DNA of 64,000 nucleotides from positions 32,001 through 96,000 of the forward strand of contig CAWDYC010000009.1 of NCBI GenBank assembly GCA_963806535.1, given 5' to 3'. Shown here piece by piece: positions 61,015 to 64,000 of this stretch; within the stretch, counting starts at the first letter, position 1, and each line of letters opens with the position of its first letter. The position numbers were made by a program, and so were the translations under genes. The DNA is from Candidatus Bathyarchaeota archaeon (GTDB lineage: Archaea > Thermoproteota > Bathyarchaeia > Bathyarchaeales > Bathycorpusculaceae). Below the pieces are notes generated by a model that searched no databases, was not told the origin of the DNA, and saw only the letters and a list, made by a program, of their open reading frames with translations.

Positions 61015-61210
61015 GCCCTCTTCACTTTTTAGTATGTTAACCAGAGTCAAGTAGTGAATGCTCCCCCCATCAAAAACAATTTTGACTAGGTCAACGTACT
61101 CTTAAATGTTAAGAAACTAAATTTAATCGTTCTTTCGCAAAATATAAATTTTTATAGTAATAGTGCCCATTTAACAAGCAAGATGCACCTATCTTGGTGT
61201 CAACTGCGAT

Positions 61211-61753
61211 ATGACAAGTGAGTTAACGTCAATTAATCGAGAGCTAAGGAATTATGAAGCCGCCAAAATAATAGGTTTGATCTCCGATACTCATGTGCCT
61301 AAAAGGGCACTGTGTATTCCCAAAAGGGTTTTTGATGTTTTTGCAAATGTTGATTTTGTTATTCATGCAGGCGACTTGGTAGAGCTGGCGGTCATTGATG
61401 AGCTGGAGCAGGCTGCCCCTGTTTTAGCAGTTCACGGAAACATGGATAGCTTTGAAGTCAGTAATGCGTTGCCTAAGCTTAATTCTCTAAAGATTTTTGA
61501 TTGGAAAATTGGTGTTATTCATGATCCTGACAGCTTTTTTGAACGGGGAAAAATGCAGGATATAGCTAAAGAGAATGGCTTCAATGTTTTGGTTTATGGT
61601 CATACGCATGTTTCAAAAATAAAATGGGAAGGCAAAACCCTCTACATTAACCCAGGAAGCCCAACCGATCCAGCATCAATCCTCAACAAACCTTCAGTTG
61701 CGTTGCTGAAAATAACTAAGGAAGCGATTACTCCTCAAATAATAAACCTCTAA
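61211..61753 (+). CDS. YfcE/Vps29-like metallophosphoesterase
   Basis: ISDTH, HAGD, HGNMD, GHTH, NPGS. Confidence 0.9.
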   Translation: MTSELTSINRELRNYEAAKIIGLISDTHVPKRALCIPKRVFDVFANVDFVIHAGDLVELAVIDELEQAAPVLAVHGNMDSFEVSNALPKLNSLKIFDWKIGVIHDPDSFFERGKMQDIAKENGFNVLVYGHTHVSKIKWEGKTLYINPGSPTDPASILNKPSVALLKITKEAITPQIINL

Positions 61754-62199
61754 CTAAAAAGTAGAGACCAAAAAAAGACAAGGTACAATGCTATTCCAAA
61801 AAAAAGCGAAACAAGCCAGGAAATCATTGTCCCAAGCATTAACTTTTTTCTGTTAAAGCAGCCTCTCAAGCCTTGATAACGCCAAGCAATTACAAACCAG
61901 ACACCAAATGATACGGCTGCTATGCCAAAAGGAACATGAATTAAAGTAATAGTTGATACGATGCCGTAGGTATTTCGAATGATGAATTCTGGAATTACTG
62001 CTAAAACAAGAGAAGGAATCATAATTGCAAATATTGCGATAAGATGCAAAACCACTGCCCAAGCCATTATTTTTCCATGACGTTGAAATAATAGCTTTTT
62101 GAAAAGCCAATAACCGTAAATCAGCAAGGCTAAAACGATGATCTGAATTAACAAACCAATTGTGGGAATTACGAAGTAGGGATTTGTTAAAAGAGACAA
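61750..62199 (-). CDS. Four-TM membrane protein with conserved His (DUF420-like)
   Basis: 'RHGKIM', 'LHL', 'IHV' in TM helices. Confidence 0.6.
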   Translation of the reverse strand: MSLLTNPYFVIPTIGLLIQIIVLALLIYGYWLFKKLLFQRHGKIMAWAVVLHLIAIFAIMIPSLVLAVIPEFIIRNTYGIVSTITLIHVPFGIAAVSFGVWFVIAWRYQGLRGCFNRKKLMLGTMISWLVSLFFGIALYLVFFWSLLFS

Positions 62200-62334
62200 G
62201 CTTCAACAACTTACCACTTAAAGTCTTAGCGTATAAAGTTTCACTTTCACTCACCCCTCCACTGCTTCAAACCGCAGTTTCTGCAACCGACTTAAAAGCA
62301 AATAAAATCACAACTTGATTCTGAGGTCAAAAAA

Positions 62335-62472
62335 ATGGAACGTTGTAAAAACCCCTGGAAAAACAATTGTAACAGCGAAAACATAAAACTCTATATCCAA
62401 AAAAACGGTGAAAACTTGCCGATTTGCCAGCAGTGCTGGATCAAAATTGCGGATCAAGAACAAGAGTGGTGA
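62335..62472 (+). CDS. 45-aa Cys4 zinc-finger protein (not in ORF track)
   Basis: MERCKNPWKNNCNSENIKLYIQKNGENLPICQQCWIKIADQEQEW behind GAGGT. Confidence 0.7.
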   Translation: MERCKNPWKNNCNSENIKLYIQKNGENLPICQQCWIKIADQEQEW

Positions 62473-62478
62473 AGAAGA

Positions 62479-62727
62479 ATGGAGAATTTCAGTGCTAATT
62501 GCGCTAAATCGTACATTGGAAAAAACGTTAACCTTCACTTAAAGGATGGTGCCGTAATAATAAATGTGGAGTTAACGCGCATTCGTAAAGGCGCGGGAAA
62601 AAACAGCTTAATCGAATACACTGCAGCGAGAAAACGTAGAGCAACTAGCATACCTTTGAGAAACGTTGCATGGGCTGAAATGTTAAATCGAAATATTATG
62701 CAAATTGGTCGTCCAAAATGTTCTTAG
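62479..62727 (+). CDS. Small protein with possible Sm/LSm-like fold
   Basis: 'YIGKNVNLHLKDG' (Sm1-like) and 'IPLRNVAWAE' (Sm2-like). Confidence 0.55.
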   Translation: MENFSANCAKSYIGKNVNLHLKDGAVIINVELTRIRKGAGKNSLIEYTAARKRRATSIPLRNVAWAEMLNRNIMQIGRPKCS

Positions 62728-62771
62728 AAATGGGATAAAAACAGAAATACAAGCCACACATTACAAAGCTT

Positions 62772-63161
62772 ATGCGCTGCTCAAACTGCGGGATTTGTTG
62801 TACCGAAACGGAAATGCTGCTTGCAATAAGAGACATAAGACGTCTAGAAAAGAAAGGATTTAGCAGTAATTTCTTTACGGAATTTGACAAGCAGGGTTAT
62901 GCGGTGCTTAAGAATCGGGATGGATACTGTGTTTTCTATGACTTGAAAGGTCGCCGTTGCAGTGTTTACTCTGATAGGCCATCGGGTTGTCGGGTTTACC
63001 CCGTTATTTTGGATGAGGAAAAGGGAGTAGTTTTTGATGATATCTGCGGTTCTTGCGCCAGCATTTCTTTGAAAGAAAAAAAAGTGAAAGGAAAAAAAGT
63101 AATTAAGCTGTTGGAGAAAATCGACTCTGAAGCAGAAAACAGGCGTTCTAAAGTTTCATAA
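62772..63161 (+). CDS. YkgJ/UPF0153 CxxCxxCC Fe-S or Zn protein
   Basis: CSNCGICC, CVFYD, CSVYSDRPSGCRVYP. Confidence 0.88.
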   Translation: MRCSNCGICCTETEMLLAIRDIRRLEKKGFSSNFFTEFDKQGYAVLKNRDGYCVFYDLKGRRCSVYSDRPSGCRVYPVILDEEKGVVFDDICGSCASISLKEKKVKGKKVIKLLEKIDSEAENRRSKVS

Positions 63162-63316
63162 GAGTTGGGTTTACTTCGTCTTTTTGTGAACGTTTTTATA
63201 TTGGCAACAAACTATTTTTGTCTTCTTTTAAGCTGCTAATTCTTGCTTTGAAACAAGACTAGTTCTTACATATTTACAGCAGTCAATTCTGCTGTTGGAT
63301 TGAGAACTTAAGAGCA

Positions 63317-63460
63317 TTATTTTTCTTGTTTTGTTTTGTCCTTAGCGAGCAGGTATTCTACGTATTCTCTTATGTTGCGGTTGGTTTCGTTGGCTCTTTT
63401 TTTGATGTCTTCATGAACTTTGTCTGTTACTGTTATGCATTTGTATCCTTTACGTGGCAA
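63317..63460 (-). CDS. 47-aa ribbon-helix-helix protein (not in ORF track)
   Basis: TTG behind GGAG; MPRKGYKCITVTDKVHEDIKKRANETNRNIREYVEYLLAKDKTKQEK. Confidence 0.7.
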   Translation of the reverse strand: MPRKGYKCITVTDKVHEDIKKRANETNRNIREYVEYLLAKDKTKQEK

Positions 63461-63607
63461 ATGTCTAAGTCTCCCTTCCGTACTTTACAGTACACTGGTT
63501 ATATATAATTGACGGTGTTGTATGCCGCCTACCTCGACTGCTTGTTCTCGATTGTGAAACCTTATATAAATGTACGTTCGCTAACTATGGTTTAGAGGGG
63601 AACCTAA

Positions 63608-63817
63608 ATGCCAAAAAAAGGCTACAAAAGCATCACCGTCAAGGCTGAGGTCTATGATTACTTCTTCAAGGAATGGCTCAAAGTCAAAGAAGAATATGCA
63701 ATAAAAAAAGGCATTCACAGCTTCTCGGCATACGTCACCTACCAGCTATCTAAACTAATAAATGAAGATAAGAAACTCAACGACAACGCAAAACGCCATG
63801 AAGCCCTACATCTTTAA
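63608..63817 (+). CDS. Ribbon-helix-helix-like protein
   Basis: MPKKGYKSITVKAEVYD...SFSAYVTYQL; SD GAGG. Confidence 0.7.
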   Translation: MPKKGYKSITVKAEVYDYFFKEWLKVKEEYAIKKGIHSFSAYVTYQLSKLINEDKKLNDNAKRHEALHL

Positions 63818-63853
63818 ATAATTCTTGATGTGACATGTCAAAGGTGAATTATT

Positions 63854-64000
63854 ATGCCCTGCACGGTGATCGTTGGCGCCTTCTGGGGAGACGAAGGCAA
63901 AGGAAAAATAATTTCTTATTTAGCGCTAAAAGATGACATTGATTTCTGCGTTAGAACAGGCTCAGTAAATGCTGCTCATACAGTGTGGTTTGAAGGCAAA
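63854..64000 (+). CDS. purA: Adenylosuccinate synthetase (5' part, truncated by window end)
   Basis: [19 protein letters not shown]...NAAHTV. Confidence 0.92.
   Translation, partial: MPCTVIVGAFWGDEGKGKIISYLALKDDIDFCVRTGSVNAAHTVWFEGK

Overview
Archaeal chromosomal window, probably Bathyarchaeia. That assignment is inferred from archaeal DnaG, PolB3, a BHB-intron tRNA, GGTGA/GGAGG Shine-Dalgarno motifs and DUF2206/DUF1616-like genes. Contents in order: small housekeeping genes; a stand-alone nurA-herA pair divergent from a wHTH gene; three ABC exporter modules; a CheB-CheR-PAS-histidine kinase fusion; pyrH; alkA; a PolB whose proofreading motifs look inactivated; dnaG with no canonical start codon; an orphan ParB-domain gene; ychF; a ~17 kb surface-glycan cluster (27.4-44.7 kb); GNAT/ADH/nitroreductase/GT39; pfkA; and the start of purA. 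The most notable region is 50.4-59.9 kb. A tRNA-Tyr(GTA) with two introns has its 3' end duplicated twice, bounding two tandem islets with no integrase. The outer islet holds an unknown nucleotidyltransferase operon plus an AbiEi/AbiEii toxin-antitoxin pair. The inner islet holds a candidate archaeal transmembrane signalling regulon: a sigma-r4-like HTH with an HxxxCxxC motif, a coupled single-TM partner with a WC motif, and a GTAAGCC-N6-GGCTTAC palindrome in front of both the regulator and an ABC/surface-protein operon. Many genes carry single-base frameshifts, most likely sequencing indels. No CRISPR array or transposase was seen. All family calls come from motif recognition by eye, not database searches.
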